This document shows positions 25,927 to 38,260 of a DNA stretch of 64,000 bases, one piece after another. A model generated the notes under the pieces. The model made no database searches. It was not told the DNA's origin and worked only from the letters and a program-made list of their open reading frames with translations. The stretch spans positions 60,884,001 through 60,948,000 of the forward strand of contig CM052827.1 in the NCBI GenBank assembly GCA_028534125.1, written 5' to 3'. This DNA is from Lama glama (Eukaryota). The stretch's first letter is position 1. Every line of letters begins with the position of its first letter. The position numbers were made by a program, and so were the translations under genes.

Positions 25927-28180
25927 TAGCCATAGAATTAATCTTTCCTGCAACATGATGTATTTACAGTAAGAAAAATAGTGGGCTTGGAATTATTTTG
26001 TATTAATAACTTCTTGATTTTAGGTAAGCTTACTTAAATTTTCTAAGCCTCAGATTTCTTATGGTATTTAAAATGGAGTTAATAATTTTACTTTGCTGTA
26101 AAACAATTATTAGTAAACTTTTGGAAAAAAAGCTTGAAAAATATATTCTGTTTGAATCATTCATCAAACAGTGTCTTGAACAGAGGAGTTAACTGAATTA
26201 CACTGGAATGAGTTTAATGTAATTTAATTTACAGTGACTGGAGAATCTTTGTTTTTTGTTTTTTTTTTTTCAAGTCCTCAGATTTTGAGATCCTTAGCCA
26301 ATCAGAGAATCCTGACACATACATTTTAATTGAATTTAGTTAGGCATAAGCGAGAACAGAATTATCAAAAAGAGTGACCTAAACTATCTCTCTTTCCTCA
26401 CTTGACCTATAAAATCGTCTCTTGGCGATTGAGGCTTCGGCCTTCAGCAGATTCCTTGAGCTGCCCAGTGTCAGCTGATACCAGCAATTATGTGCAAGGA
26501 GACTTATCGGCAGTGACAATGACATTAATGCCTGTGGAGTCAAAGCAAGCCACAGGCATATGGAAGCGCGTGCTATTTTTTCCCTTTAAGCAGTTTCCTC
26601 TCTGAATGAGAAGAATATGCCTATATACTGCTGCTTCTAGAAAAAAAAAATTTTTTTCCAAAAACCAAAGATTTTTCTACCCATGAGGGTAGACATTGGA
26701 ACGGCACGCAGTCCCTGGGGGTGAGCGCTGCCTCTCGTCTGTGCCTGTTATGGACCTGAAGTGTGTTAAGGACCCTGGACGCTTTAGCTTGGGTCTGTCG
26801 GGGCTACATTAGTCACACAGGAGGAGATCACCAACCTGCTGGTAACTCGTTATTTGAAAATATGTATTTCACAATGCTCCGGCAGAAATATAAAATCCAG
26901 CCTCACCATAGGAGCATAGAGATTGGGCTTTTTTCACTCTCTCAATGATTTTATTCAGAGAAGGATTATCTTTTCTTTGTTTCAAGCTGCAGTGATTCGG
27001 CAAATGTGTAGGCTGCCTGAAGGAGGGGGTTGAAACAGAGGGAGAGGGAGCTGGGAGGGAGAGGCACGTTGAGCTGGCACGTGGTGTTACTGAACAGACT
27101 TAAAGGTATTTTAATCATAGGCCTTTAGTGCTATTTTAGAACCTGTGTGTGGCTTCCCAGCATATCCCCTCCCTTCTGCTCCAGCTGCTGAGACATACGC
27201 AAACCAACACAGTGCATTTAAGGATCCTGCATTTTTGATCCCAAGAGCTGAGAACGAGCAAGTTTGCAAAACCACGTGCCTAGAACAGTGCCCCTGTGAT
27301 TACAGCTCCGCCTTTGCATTGACGGGGCTTCAAGAGCCCGTGACAAGCAGCTACCTGTGCAGGTTCAGGCTTATTGATTTGCTGCTGCCTTATTTCCCCT
27401 GAAATACGCCTCTCTGTTCATGCCACCCTGGTTTCTAGTCCACCCAGTAATTTGTGCAAAAGAAAAGTATCAGACGTGCCTGCTTAAACATATTGGCATT
27501 TTGCAGAAGAGAACAGATTGGCCCTGTTTTCTTTCTGCAGTCAGTTTGAAGTACTTGAACCTTCCTAACAGCTGTGAGACAATATTTATTCTCAATCAGC
27601 AACTGATTTCATGAATCTGACACTATGTCATGTATGTGACTGTTTATTAAGCCAAGCAGAGCTGCCTGTGTGATGAGGCAGAACTTCAGCAGGAGATCAA
27701 GAGTGCACCGAGAGGGAGCTTTGGGATCGTGGAATGAATGGGTTGGACTCTATTCTAGGAATCTAACAAAATGGTTCAGGAGGAGGCCAAGGATTTCTGT
27801 TTCCAGGAAGGCCAGTCAGACTCACTGGCAGAAGGAATGTTTGTAGAGTTTTACCTGATGATGGTGGTGGTGGGGGTGTGTGTTTGGGGCTCAGAGTTAG
27901 TGCAACAGAAAACTCTTGGGAGGATGCTTAGGAAGTAGCCATTGGTGTGTGAATTTCACAGGGTGTCATAAATTTCACAACTTCTGCTTGTTTTTATGTT
28001 ATTGCTAAGGAGCCATAGAGAAGGGTTTAGATAATGCACCTTTGGAGTGTGTGCATAGACTCACTTTGGGAGCTTATTAAAAATGCAGAATCCTGTTTGC
28101 ATTCTCTAGACTTTCTTGCTTAGATGGTCCAGGGTGGAGCTAAGGAATTTGCATTTGAAACAATCACCACAGGAAATTCT

Positions 28181-30101
28181 TTAAAAAAATTTTTATTGAA
28201 GTATAGTTGATTGGCAATGTGTTAGTTTCTGGTGTACAGCAAAGTGATTCAGCTTTATACATACATACCACATCTTCTTTATCCAGTCATCTATCAATGC
28301 ACATTAGGTTGCTTCCTTGTTTGGGCTATTGTAAATAGTGCTACTATGAACACGGGGTGTATATGTCTTTTTGACTTTGAGTTTTCTCCAGATATATGCC
28401 CAAAAGTGGGATTGTTGGATCATTTGATAACTCTATTTTTATTTTTTTAAGGAACCTCCATACTGTCCTCCATAGCAGCTGCACCAATTTGCATTCCCAT
28501 CAACAGTGTAGGGGGGGTTCCTTTTTCTCCACACCCTCTCCAGCATTTATTATTTGTAGACGTTTTAATGATGGCATTGTGACTGGTATGAGGTGATACT
28601 TCATTGTAGTTTTAGTTCACATTTCTCTAATAATTAACAATGTTGAGCATCTTTTCATGTCCCTGTTGATCATCTATATGTTTTTTTTNNNNNNNNNNNN
28701 NNNNNNNNNNNNNNNNNNNNNNNNNNNNNNNNNNNNNNNNNNNNNNNNNNNNNNNNNNNNNNNNNNNNNNNNNNNNNNNNNNNNNNNNNNNNNNNNNNNN
28801 NNNNNNNNNNNNNNNNNNNNNNNNNNNNNNNNNNNNNNNNNNNNNNNNNNNNNNNNNNNNNNNNNNNNNNNNNNNNNNNNNNNNNNNNNNNNNNNNNNNN
28901 NNNNNNNNNNNNNNNNNNNNNNNNNNNNNNNNNNNNNNNNNNNNNNNNNNNNNNNNNNNNNNNNNNNNNNNNNNNNNNNNNNNNNNNNNNNNNNNNNNNN
29001 NNNNNNNNNNNNNNNNNNNNNNNNNNNNNNNNNNNNNNNNNNNNNNNNNNNNNNNNNNNNNNNNNNNNNNNNNNNNNNNNNNNNNNNNNNNNNNNNNNNN
29101 NNNNNNNNNNNNNNNNNNNNNNNNNNNNNNNNNNNNNNNNNNNNNNNNNNNNNNNNNNNNNNNNNNNNNNNNNNNNNNNNNNNNNNNNTCACATTTTTTT
29201 CTCTGTGATTTATCATAACATTTTGTGTATATTTCCCTGTGCTATACAGTGTAATCTTGTTTATCTATTCTACAATTTTGAAATCCCAGTCTATCCCTTC
29301 CCACCCTCTACCCCCCCCAGTAACCACAAGTCTGTATTCTCTGTCCATGAGTCTATTTCTGTCCTGTATTTATGCTTTGTTTTTTAGATTCCACATATGA
29401 GCGATCTCATATGGTATTTTTCTTTCTCTTTCTGGCTTACTTCACTTAGANNNNNNNNNNNNNNNNNNNNNNNNNNNNNNNNNNNNNNNNNNNNNNNNNN
29501 NNNNNNNNNNNNNNNNNNNNNNNNNNNNNNNNNNNNNNNNNNNNNNNNNNNNNNNNNNNNNNNNNNNNNNNNNNNNNNNNNNNNNNNNNNNNNNNNNNNN
29601 NNNNNNNNNNNNNNNNNNNNNNNNNNNNNNNNNNNNNNNNNNNNNNNNNNNNNNNNNNNNNNNNTGCTTGTATATTTTGGAAATTAATCCCTTGTTGGTC
29701 ACATCATTTGCAAGTATTTTCTCCCATTCTACACGTTGTCTTTTTATTTTGTTTATGGTTTCCTTTGCTGCACAAAAGATTATAAGTTTGATTAGGTCCC
29801 ATTTGTTTGTTTTTGCTTTTATTTCAATTGTCGTGGGAGACTGACATAAGAAAATATTGCTATGATACGTCAGAGAGTGTTTTGCCTGTGTTCTTTTCTA
29901 AGAGTTTTATGGTGTCATGCCTTATATTTAAGCCTTTAAGCCATTTTAAGTTAATTTTGTATATGGTGTGTAGGTGTGTTCTAACTTCATTGATTTACAT
30001 GCAGCTGTCCAGCTTTCCCACCACCACTTGCTGAAGAGACCATCTTTTCTCCATTGTATATTCTTCCCTCCTTTGTTGAAGATTAATTGATGAAAGGTGT
30101 G
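28181..30101 (-). mobile_element. 5'-truncated L1 (3'UTR plus ORF2 end) with 17-bp TSD
   Basis: ttttattgaagtatagttgatt 3' tip followed by reverse ORF2 text; TSD tcaccacaggaaattct (28164-28180) versus tcaccacaggtaattct (30102-30118). Confidence 0.92.
28681..29450 (-). mobile_element. Second, younger L1 3' end nested in the previous L1
   Basis: Poly-T at 28681, a gap, then a different 3'UTR (atttccctgtgctatacagtgtaatcttg...tagattccacatatgagcgatctcatatggta) inside ORF2 of the outer copy. Confidence 0.7.
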
Positions 30102-30499
30102 TCACCACAGGTAATTCTGGTGCATGTAATTTAAGCAAAACCATTTAAAATTTCAAAAGGAGCATAAGGAATCTAGTATTCTTGTTGCCCAAGATTAAAA
30201 CTCATCACCAGTCCACAAATATTCAATAGTAAAATCAAGGAGCAAAATCAACTGTTATATTATTGTGTAATTTGATTGCAAGTGATGGGAAAGTAATTAA
30301 CAATTTTTAGTTCTTAATATACATCGGATGATTGAAACAAAATAAGTTTTATTTAATCTTTAATATAGCTCAGTAAGTCAGTTAATGTTACCTCATTTTG
30401 CAGGTGGTAAAGTAGGCCCAGAGCTGTTGAGTACCTTGTCCAAAATGACATATTTAGAAACTATCAGGGCCCTTTAGGCTCTTCACTCTCCCTGTTATG

Positions 30500-31980
30500 C
30501 TTAGAGAGGTTTACCTACCGTGGCTTCCATCACAAAGTCTACATCAACAAATCTGAAATCTGTGCCTGCAGCCTGGATCTCTCTTGCGTTCTCCAGCCAT
30601 CTTTCCAATGACCTGTTTGACATCCTTGCCTAGATGTTTATCAATCACCACAAGTTCTACATATTCTTAATTTTACTTGCTCTTTTCCTCCTCATATCTA
30701 TTTCTCCTCTACTATCCTGGAGCTCACCCAGTAGATCCTACCATCTACTTATTGATCCAAGTCCAGAATCACGGAGTTCTTTTGACTGAAACATCTAAAT
30801 ACCTCTTGATCCTACGTCTTGGCTGTGCTCACTGTTAACATGATAATTCAGGCCAGCTTCCTCTCTTGCAGTTGTATCAGTTGGTGTTTGCTGCATAACG
30901 CAAATTTCCCCATAACCTAGTGGCTTGAAATAGAGATCATCTTACTTAACTCATATTTATGCGGGTCAGCCACATAGTGCTTTGGGTCTGGACCAGTTTG
31001 GCTAATCTCTGTTGGGCTTTCTCTTGTGTCCGTGATCTACTGGTGAGTTGCCTGGTGGCTTAATGACCCACCACGGCCCCACTCACACATCCAGTGGTGG
31101 GTGGGTTGTCAGCTGACAGCTGGATGGTTCTTGGCTAGGATGCCGAGGTTCTTCTCCCTGTGGCCGCTCATTCTCTAGCAGGCGAGCTTGGGCTCATCCA
31201 GGTGGCAGTGTCAGGATTCCAAGTGCAGGAAGAGAGAACAACCCCAGAAAACAAGAACTTTTCAAGTCTTGGTTTGCATTATATTTGTTAATGTCATCCA
31301 AAGTCACTGAGTCACTATGACAAGGCACTATCAAAAGCTGTGGATGGAGGGACAGGAATATTTTATATCCATTTTTGCAACCGATTACACTGCGACTTTA
31401 TAATAGACTCTTAATAGTTTCATTACCCTCATTCTTCCCCTTCCACTCCCCTTTTCATACACCAGTCAGTGACAGTCTGTCAGGCCACTACTCTGCTTAA
31501 AATTTCACCGGCATGCCATGGCTCTGAATGTTCTAAAGTCCTAGCTCCTTAACGTGACTTACAGGGTGCAGGATTTTTATTCTACCTCTTCGGGCTTTGA
31601 CTCTCTGCCTATTATATTCTTAATTTCTCCTGGTTACTCAGATAGCCAGATTTAGTCTCCCTTAGTCAAAGGGAACACGCTGCAGTACGCGCCTTCTCTC
31701 TATCGACCTGAGAAGCTCTTCCTCATTTTCCTCTCTTCCTTCCCCTGTTTTGCCAAACTAATATATTAATCCATTCATCTGAGCCTAAATATCCCTTCTT
31801 CAGGCCTCTCTTTGCTCCTTTGAATATTAGCACTTACGCTTTATTGCAGTTATGTGCTCAAAGTGTGGCTTCCCTCTGAGAATGTAAGCTTTGTGAAGTC
31901 AGGGACTGTGTCTGCTCCACCCAGTACTGAACCTCTGACATGTAACACAGTGCCCGGTACGTAACAGGTGCTCCGTGTGA
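30500..31980 (+). mobile_element. L2 LINE 3' part, interrupted by MLT1
   Basis: cagcctggatctctct...gacatccttgcctagatg; 3' end gagaatgtaagctttgtgaagtcagggactgtgtctg...cacagtgcccggtacgtaacaggtgctc. Confidence 0.7.
30874..31390 (-). mobile_element. MLT1G/H-like MaLR LTR
   Basis: tgtatcagtt...ttgctgcataac...cctagtggcttgaaa...gcgagcttgggctcatcca...ccatttttgcaa. Confidence 0.75.
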
Positions 31981-32183
31981 AAGAGCAGACACCCCTGACT
32001 GGCCTGATTTCAGGACTCTTCTTACTGTGGCACACTGCAGCTGACACTCATTTGCTGATCTTTTTCTTTTGCTTATATATTTAATTTATTTTGTGTGCAT
32101 GGACTAAAACTGATTTTAGTGATATAAGGAGAAGATAAATATATATATATATTTACATATATAAAACAGTGTTATATACATTG

Positions 32184-32409
32184 CAGTTGACCTTGAACAG
32201 TGTGAGTCTGAACTGTGTAGGTCCACTTACACGTGGATTGTTTTCTGTGATAAATACTGCAGTGATTTGTGGTTGGTTGAATCTGTGGATGCAGAACTGC
32301 AGATATGTAGGAACTGTGTACGTATGGAGGGCCAACTGTTAAGTTATGCATATTTTGGACTGCATGGAGAGTCAGCGCCCCAACCCCTCTACTGTTCAAG
32401 GGTCAACTG
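32184..32409. mobile_element. Tigger2-derived MITE (TcMar)
   Basis: TIRs cagttgaccttgaaca and tgttcaagggtcaactg; TA follows the right end, the left flank reads TG; 226 bp. Confidence 0.9.
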
Positions 32410-33169
32410 TATATTTTTAGTAAATTTAGTAAATTCACATTGTTTCTTGTTCAGAGGTCAAGTGCAAATGACATTATATGTCAATGTATTTTTCTTGCAT
32501 CCCAACCTCTTGAGAGAGAAAAATAACAGTGATTTAAGTTGAAAGGTTTGGAGCCTTCCAAAGGGAGCTTTGACAGTTGCAGCGGTCTGAGAGCAGTCTC
32601 ACCTACGTGGCCTGAGCTGTGGTCTGATGCTCCTGGACATTTTGCTGGTAGAAGATTGACCAAGGTCTGCTGTGTGGAGGCCAGTCAACTCTGGAGGCCA
32701 TTCTAAAAGTCATGGAAAACCTGCTTGGGAAATAAAGTTCCAAGGCCTGACTTCCATGACTTGTGTCATTTCAGAAGTGTAGCCTGTGACCCGTACCATT
32801 TGTGTCAGGTGAAACTGCCACAGTGAAGCTCATAGTAGCTCATCTCTGTTCCTATAAAGAAAGAACAGAAAGACATTTTCAGAAATCTTCTCCGGATACT
32901 AGGAAAAAAAATGTCAAATCAAATCATTCTTCCTAAATCAAAATTATCTTAACTGCCAAGGAAAATTGTCATGTATAATTTATATAAATCTATTTACTTG
33001 GAAACCTACAGAGTGTTTCATAGCCTCTCCCTATACCCATTACCTTCCAGGTTTCTCAGCTTTCCAATCTATGAAATGGAGACATTCATAATCTTATACT
33101 ACATAAGATTGCTATAGAGCTAAGATGAGAGAGTATTTTTGAAACAACTTTGTGTAAGATAAAGTGCTA

Positions 33170-33440
33170 GTCATTCATCAAACATTTCTTGACTACATAC
33201 ATTTCAGACCTTGTGGTAGGCCCAAGGGAGGGATATACAAATAAGTGAGGGACTTTGTTCTGACTGAGCGCACAACTGAGGGATAAAACAAGATCATAAT
33301 ACAAGATGAATAAAACGGCAGTGTCACAGATGGGGCAGCAATTAATTCTGTCTGGAGTGTTCGCAGAAGAGATATTTGATGTGGGCTTGGAAGGATGGGT
33401 AAGATTTCACCAGAGGGAGAAGACAGGAAGGGCATTCTAG
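33170..33440 (-). mobile_element. L2 3' fragment
   Basis: tcattcatcaaacatttcttgactac...atatttgatgtgggcttggaaggatgggtaagatttc...gaagggcattc. Confidence 0.6.
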
Positions 33441-34072
33441 TCTGGTGTCTACCTGTGATCTGTAACAGGACATCACTCTGTCTTTAAAACAGTGCTAAGT
33501 GGCAGGAAGATACCCAGAAGGCATATAAAAGGGGTATAACTGTGAGCCTTATTTATTTATTTTTGGATTAGGAGAAGACAAGATAAGGTCATAAAACAAA
33601 GCAGCATCAAGGACAACTGAAGCACAGCAAGAAGAAATAAAAGTTCAGCAGGGGAGCAAGTAAGCTGTGACTTTCTCTGTTTGCCCTGAAAGTGCATGAG
33701 AGCTTTGAGGCCACCGCCCGCACCTGCATGAATCGGAAGAGGATGCGCCTTCCTTAATGATCAGGCAAGTGAGCGTGTCAACCTAGAGAGTAAAAATCAA
33801 ATCGAAAGTGACTAACAGTGTTTGGTCAAGGGTACATTCGAATGCCTTTTACAAAACGACTTCAACAGCAATTCATGAGCGAAGCAGAAAGATAGGAGAT
33901 TAGCTGAGTTCTAATTGGAATTATTATCAGCGCTTTGTGTCATAGGTGTAAGGGCTCATTCCTCCTTTGTACTCTCATAGCCCTTTTGCCAGGGGACTTC
34001 GGAGACCGAGAGTATTCTGATTTAGCTTTAAAGGTAGAAATCTGGCAAGACCAATTCAAGAAAAAACAGCCA

Positions 34073-34212
34073 TTTTTTTATATTACTTAATTATTTTTTA
34101 TTTTGTGGGGGAGGTAACTAGGTTTATTTATCTTTAGAGATACTGGGGATTGAACCCAGGACCTTGTGCATGCTAGGCATGTGCCCTACCACTTGAGCTA
34201 TGTACCGTCCCC
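34073..34212 (-). mobile_element. tRNA-derived camelid SINE (Vic-1 type) with 10-bp TSD
   Basis: Minus strand reads ggggacggtacatagctcaagtggtagggcacatgcctagcatgcacaaggtcctgggttcaatccccagta, with A box tagctcaagtgg, B box ggttcaatccc and an A-rich tail; TSD aaaacagcca at 34063-34072 and 34213-34222. Confidence 0.9.
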
Positions 34213-34314
34213 AAAACAGCCAAATATTTTAAAGGTAAAGAATTCAAAATCTCAAGGGAAACATGTATACATACACAAAGCTCATTTCCCACTTTTGGAC
34301 ATATTAAGTTAAAG

Positions 34315-34445
34315 ATTAGATATTTTATTTAAATGATCCAGAAGGATGCCACTGAAAGTGAAAGGGAGTGTGATTTATAATTGTCACCAGGACAACAGGT
34401 GCAAACCTGGATTGTCTTGGGCAAGCTGGATGTATGGTGACCTTA
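34315..34445 (+). mobile_element. MER94-like hAT-Blackjack MITE
   Basis: gaaagtgaaaggg...ataattgtcaccaggacaacaggtgcaaacctggattgtcttgggcaagctggatgtatggtgacctta. Confidence 0.7.
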
Positions 34446-34599
34446 GTCATGGAAACCATACAGTTAACCTTTGTTAAACAGGATAAAGTAAATGCTTTTA
34501 TTCCCTTCAAGGAGCTCTGGGGCTTCTGGTCTTGAAACACCAGAAGTTTGGTTTAGACAGAATTTATTATCTAGATGGGGATTGAGTGGGATAAGGACC

Positions 34600-34800
34600 A
34601 GTGTATAACATGTGGTTAAGAGCTTTGATTACTTTCAGATCCTGGCTAATTAACCGTGTGACCTTGGGCATGTTGCTTAACCTCTCTGTGACTCAATTTC
34701 CTCATCAGTAAATTAAGGATAATAATTATGCGAATTAAATGAAGTAATATACAGAAAGTGCTTTTACAAGAGTGGTTCACAGGATCATAGAAATGTCTAG
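34600..34800 (+). mobile_element. MIR SINE
   Basis: gtgtgaccttgggcatgttgcttaacctctctgtgactcaatttcctcatcagtaaa. Confidence 0.85.
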
Positions 34801-35224
34801 TATTTTTATGATATCCCCAATTTATTGATTGCAAAAAAAATCAGAAAACAAAAGGAACAAATGAACAAATTATGTTCAGGGTTAACCTGATATTTAGATT
34901 CACTTTAGTCAAAAAGTGATCCAGGATAGAGAGCTGGAAACTTGGATCTCTCCAGGAGGAAGTACTTCCCAGTGTTCTCTGAAAGTGAGTGGAGGGGAGA
35001 AGATGGTCTGACCAAGACCTTCTTTTATTGGTTTAAAGTCTCTGCGGTGTCCAGTGCTGGGTCTGATCTGTACCTGACTTGTCACTCGTAAGTTGTGTTG
35101 TCAAGACAAATGAGGTTTGAAAAAAACACTAGAAACAGCCAGAACAACCGCAGCAAGTTCCCATATTTATATGCTTACATTTAAGTCTTGCCCATTAGGC
35201 TAAATCTTCTTCATTATTGTAAAT

Positions 35225-35390
35225 AAAAATAATTGTAGCTACATTCTTGAGCATTTACTAGCTGGCAAGCCCCGCCCTAAATGCTTCATATGAATTAACT
35301 CATGTAATACCTAAAATAAATATTTGAGTTAAGCACTATGACTATCACCATTTTGCAGATGAAGATACTGAGGAACAGAGGAATTAAGAA
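35225..35390 (-). mobile_element. MIR SINE
   Basis: ccattttgcagatgaagatactgaggaacagag. Confidence 0.75.
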
Positions 35391-38114
35391 TTTATTCATT
35401 TTGGTGTTTCATTATGCCAGATACATAACTGGCATCTAATAAGTATTGAATCAATTTCCTTCTAAGTTTATTAATATTTTCTAGTGGAACCCACTTACAT
35501 CGTTGATTTTATTCAGTAGGAAAAAACTTGGCAATCTATTTGGAGGAAAAAACATTTACAACTGCCTTGTTATCCTTGCATCTATTTGTCCTTGATATTT
35601 TGATCTCATCATTATGAACATTTCAAACAACATTTCAAGTACGTACCATCGTAGAAGTGTTAAATGAGATTTTAAATTATGGAAATCAGCCCGACAAATG
35701 AATAAGGACAATTTTTAATAAATCATTTATATTTGGCTTTGGAAAGCATTATTGTGGACGTTTTTTCCTCTAAGGATTTGATTTCCTAATTATGTTTACC
35801 TCCGGACAAAACTGTAACTGCTTGCTTGCATTTTCTGAGCAAACGCCAGCGGATAAGAGAGGGGGGCACTGCTGAGCAGTTCTGTCCGTGTCAGTAGGCC
35901 AGTCTGGGGTTAATGATGTGCTCTGAATTTTCCACATAGTGGAAAACCATACAGAAAAATTCCCCCAGTGGTTAGTACGCCTGTGGTAAAATGCATGAGT
36001 ACAGAAAGGATGCCAAGCAGAGAAGGAGGCGACAGGAAAGACAGCAGCAGAGAACCCAGGGGAGACAGCGCAGAGGAGCCATTAACGGCAATTGATCAGG
36101 GAAACAAATAGAAGATGCTAGTAAATTTTTATTCTCCTCTGTGGGGTATTTTGCAAAGGTATTTTGTACCCTAAGTGGTTGGCTACAAAAGCAGACATCA
36201 CAGGTTTAATGTTCTGGTCAGTTACAGAAAACAATAACAGGCAAGAAACAGTATTCCCAAGGATATGATGATATCAATGTGTGTTTAGTTGCTGCATTTC
36301 AGATTTAAAGGGCCAGGCTCATGAAATGGATTATGGTTAGAGCAAATGCTTCCCCAAATGCCAAAGGGGTGCGATGGCTTACCCCTGCTTCACTCTCGTC
36401 ATGCCTCAGATTGATAACTGAAATCTGAGAACTGCCATAATCTTATCAGACTTGCATCTTTAATAAAAGCTATCATCCTTAATGATCCATCCATTCAGTA
36501 AACACTCATTGAGTAGTAACCGTGGGCAGGCAAACAGCCTGGAGAGGGAGAGAAACACTAAAGCACTATTACAGCTCTCCCTGTAATTACAGCTGTGTTA
36601 AATGCCATGCAGAAAAATTATATTGTTTCTCAGAACATTGTGCAGAAGGACCTATCCTAGACTGGTGTGTATGCTGGGAGAGGAAGTCGGTTAAGAGAAA
36701 ATGTCCCATAAGTTACACATAAAGAGACTTGAATAAATAGAAATTGGCCAGGTGAAGGCAGTGGTGGAAAGAGGCAGAGTATTCATGACTGATCTTACTC
36801 TATTCTTCATATTTAAAGGGTTTTGTAACTTCAAAAACGTAGCCAGTCGACTATTTCTGGCGTGGCTGATTGGAGAGAATGTAATGGAAATTGGAAAAAA
36901 TCACAAAATAACAATAGAGCACTAGGCTGTTGTATGTCTTTCTTCAAAACCGCTTCTCTCCACCCTGGAAAGCAGAGATATGTGGTAGAATTATAGAAGT
37001 GTCCGTGAATGGGTTGCCTTCTTTTTGGCCTTGAAGATGTCAGCGAGGGAGGATGAGTCTGGGTTGGGCGGAGGCGGCAGACCGTAACCGGGCGCCGGCA
37101 GATTGCTGTCCTCTGGGAAGCGCATCTTTATGGGCTAACAGGGATCTCCCCCTGGACAGACAGGCGAAGGCATAAAATGCCTCCCAAGTTTGGCAGATAT
37201 AAAAAAACTCAGAGGGCAGATATACAAAAATCCATCTCCAAAGACATTCTAAGGGGAATTCAGTGCAGTTCTAGAGCAAGGATTTTAAATCTAGACAACC
37301 TATTTATCACAATCATGTTGCTGATAATTTCAGGTGTTTATTTTTATCAACACAGGAGGGAGAGGAGACAACTTTTTCTATGTTTAATGATGATTTTGTA
37401 AATCGCCTCAGAATATGTCTGACATTAAAAGTAAAAATGAGTTAAAATCTCATGTTTTGAAAAAAAAAAAGCTGCGTGGGAGGCAGTGCTGAGGCTGGGA
37501 GGTGTGAGACGAACGCTCTCACGACGTTCACAGCCCCCGCCATCACACGGTGCAAGTTCTCGGGGAGGGAGGTCTTTGGCAGCAGCAGTGGCATCTTTAA
37601 TCACATTTTCCTAAGAGCAGAAGATTTCATGTTCAAGTTTTTTATTCACATTAAGATTTGAAGAATTGCTCTTTAATTATGGAAATGTCAAAATATATTT
37701 CTGTAGTATCCTTTCAGAAAACAGATTCCCCGAGGAATAATTTAATGATAGGAAGGCGCTGGCTCATTATGCACTCAGCTAGGAACATGTGTGTGTTTCT
37801 GTGTGAACCCCAGATAGGAATATGCATTAAATTATTCTATTTTCAGGTGGATTAAATGAGCAAATCCCACAAGGGTAGTCCTCCTGTGAGAATTATGACT
37901 ATACTGAGAGTTCATTGTCAAGTACAGATTTGAAATCGAAGGAGCCAAACATAATAGTTCCTCTGTCAGCTCTTGCTTATTAGGGTGAAAATTACTCTTT
38001 AATGCTAAACGGACTTCCCATGGCCAATAACATCACTTCATCAGGGAGTCCAGATTACTTGAGTTTTCTGCTATATGCCAGCTGGATGCTGAAGGAGATA
38101 GGAGAGTTTCCTAG

Positions 38115-38260
38115 TAATGGTAATAATGATAGTTCATATTTATTAAGCACTGTCTATGTGCCAGGTGATATTCTAAATGCTCTCCATGTTTTGTCTCATT
38201 GACTCCTAAAAAATCCCCTGTGAAATACAAATTACTCTTATTTTCACTTCATAGATCAGA
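38115..38260 (-). mobile_element. MIR SINE
   Basis: atttattaagcactgtctatgtgccaggtgatattctaaatgct. Confidence 0.7.

Larger units (their letters stand above)
28040..30145 (+). mobile_element. MER5A MITE split by an L1 insertion (halves about 28040-28180 and 30102-30145)
   Basis: gggagcttattaaaaatgcagaatcc...ggaatttgcatttgaaacaatcaccacaggaaattct, resuming as tcaccacaggtaattctggtgcatg. Confidence 0.75.

Noticed and set aside
28657-29702. Longest ORFs in the track (180-183 aa and neighbours)
   Set aside because: Open only because they cross N-gaps; the flanks are L1 sequence.
34140-34212. tRNA-like sequence on the minus strand
   Set aside because: Head of a SINE with an A-rich tail and TSD; the acceptor stem is not intact.
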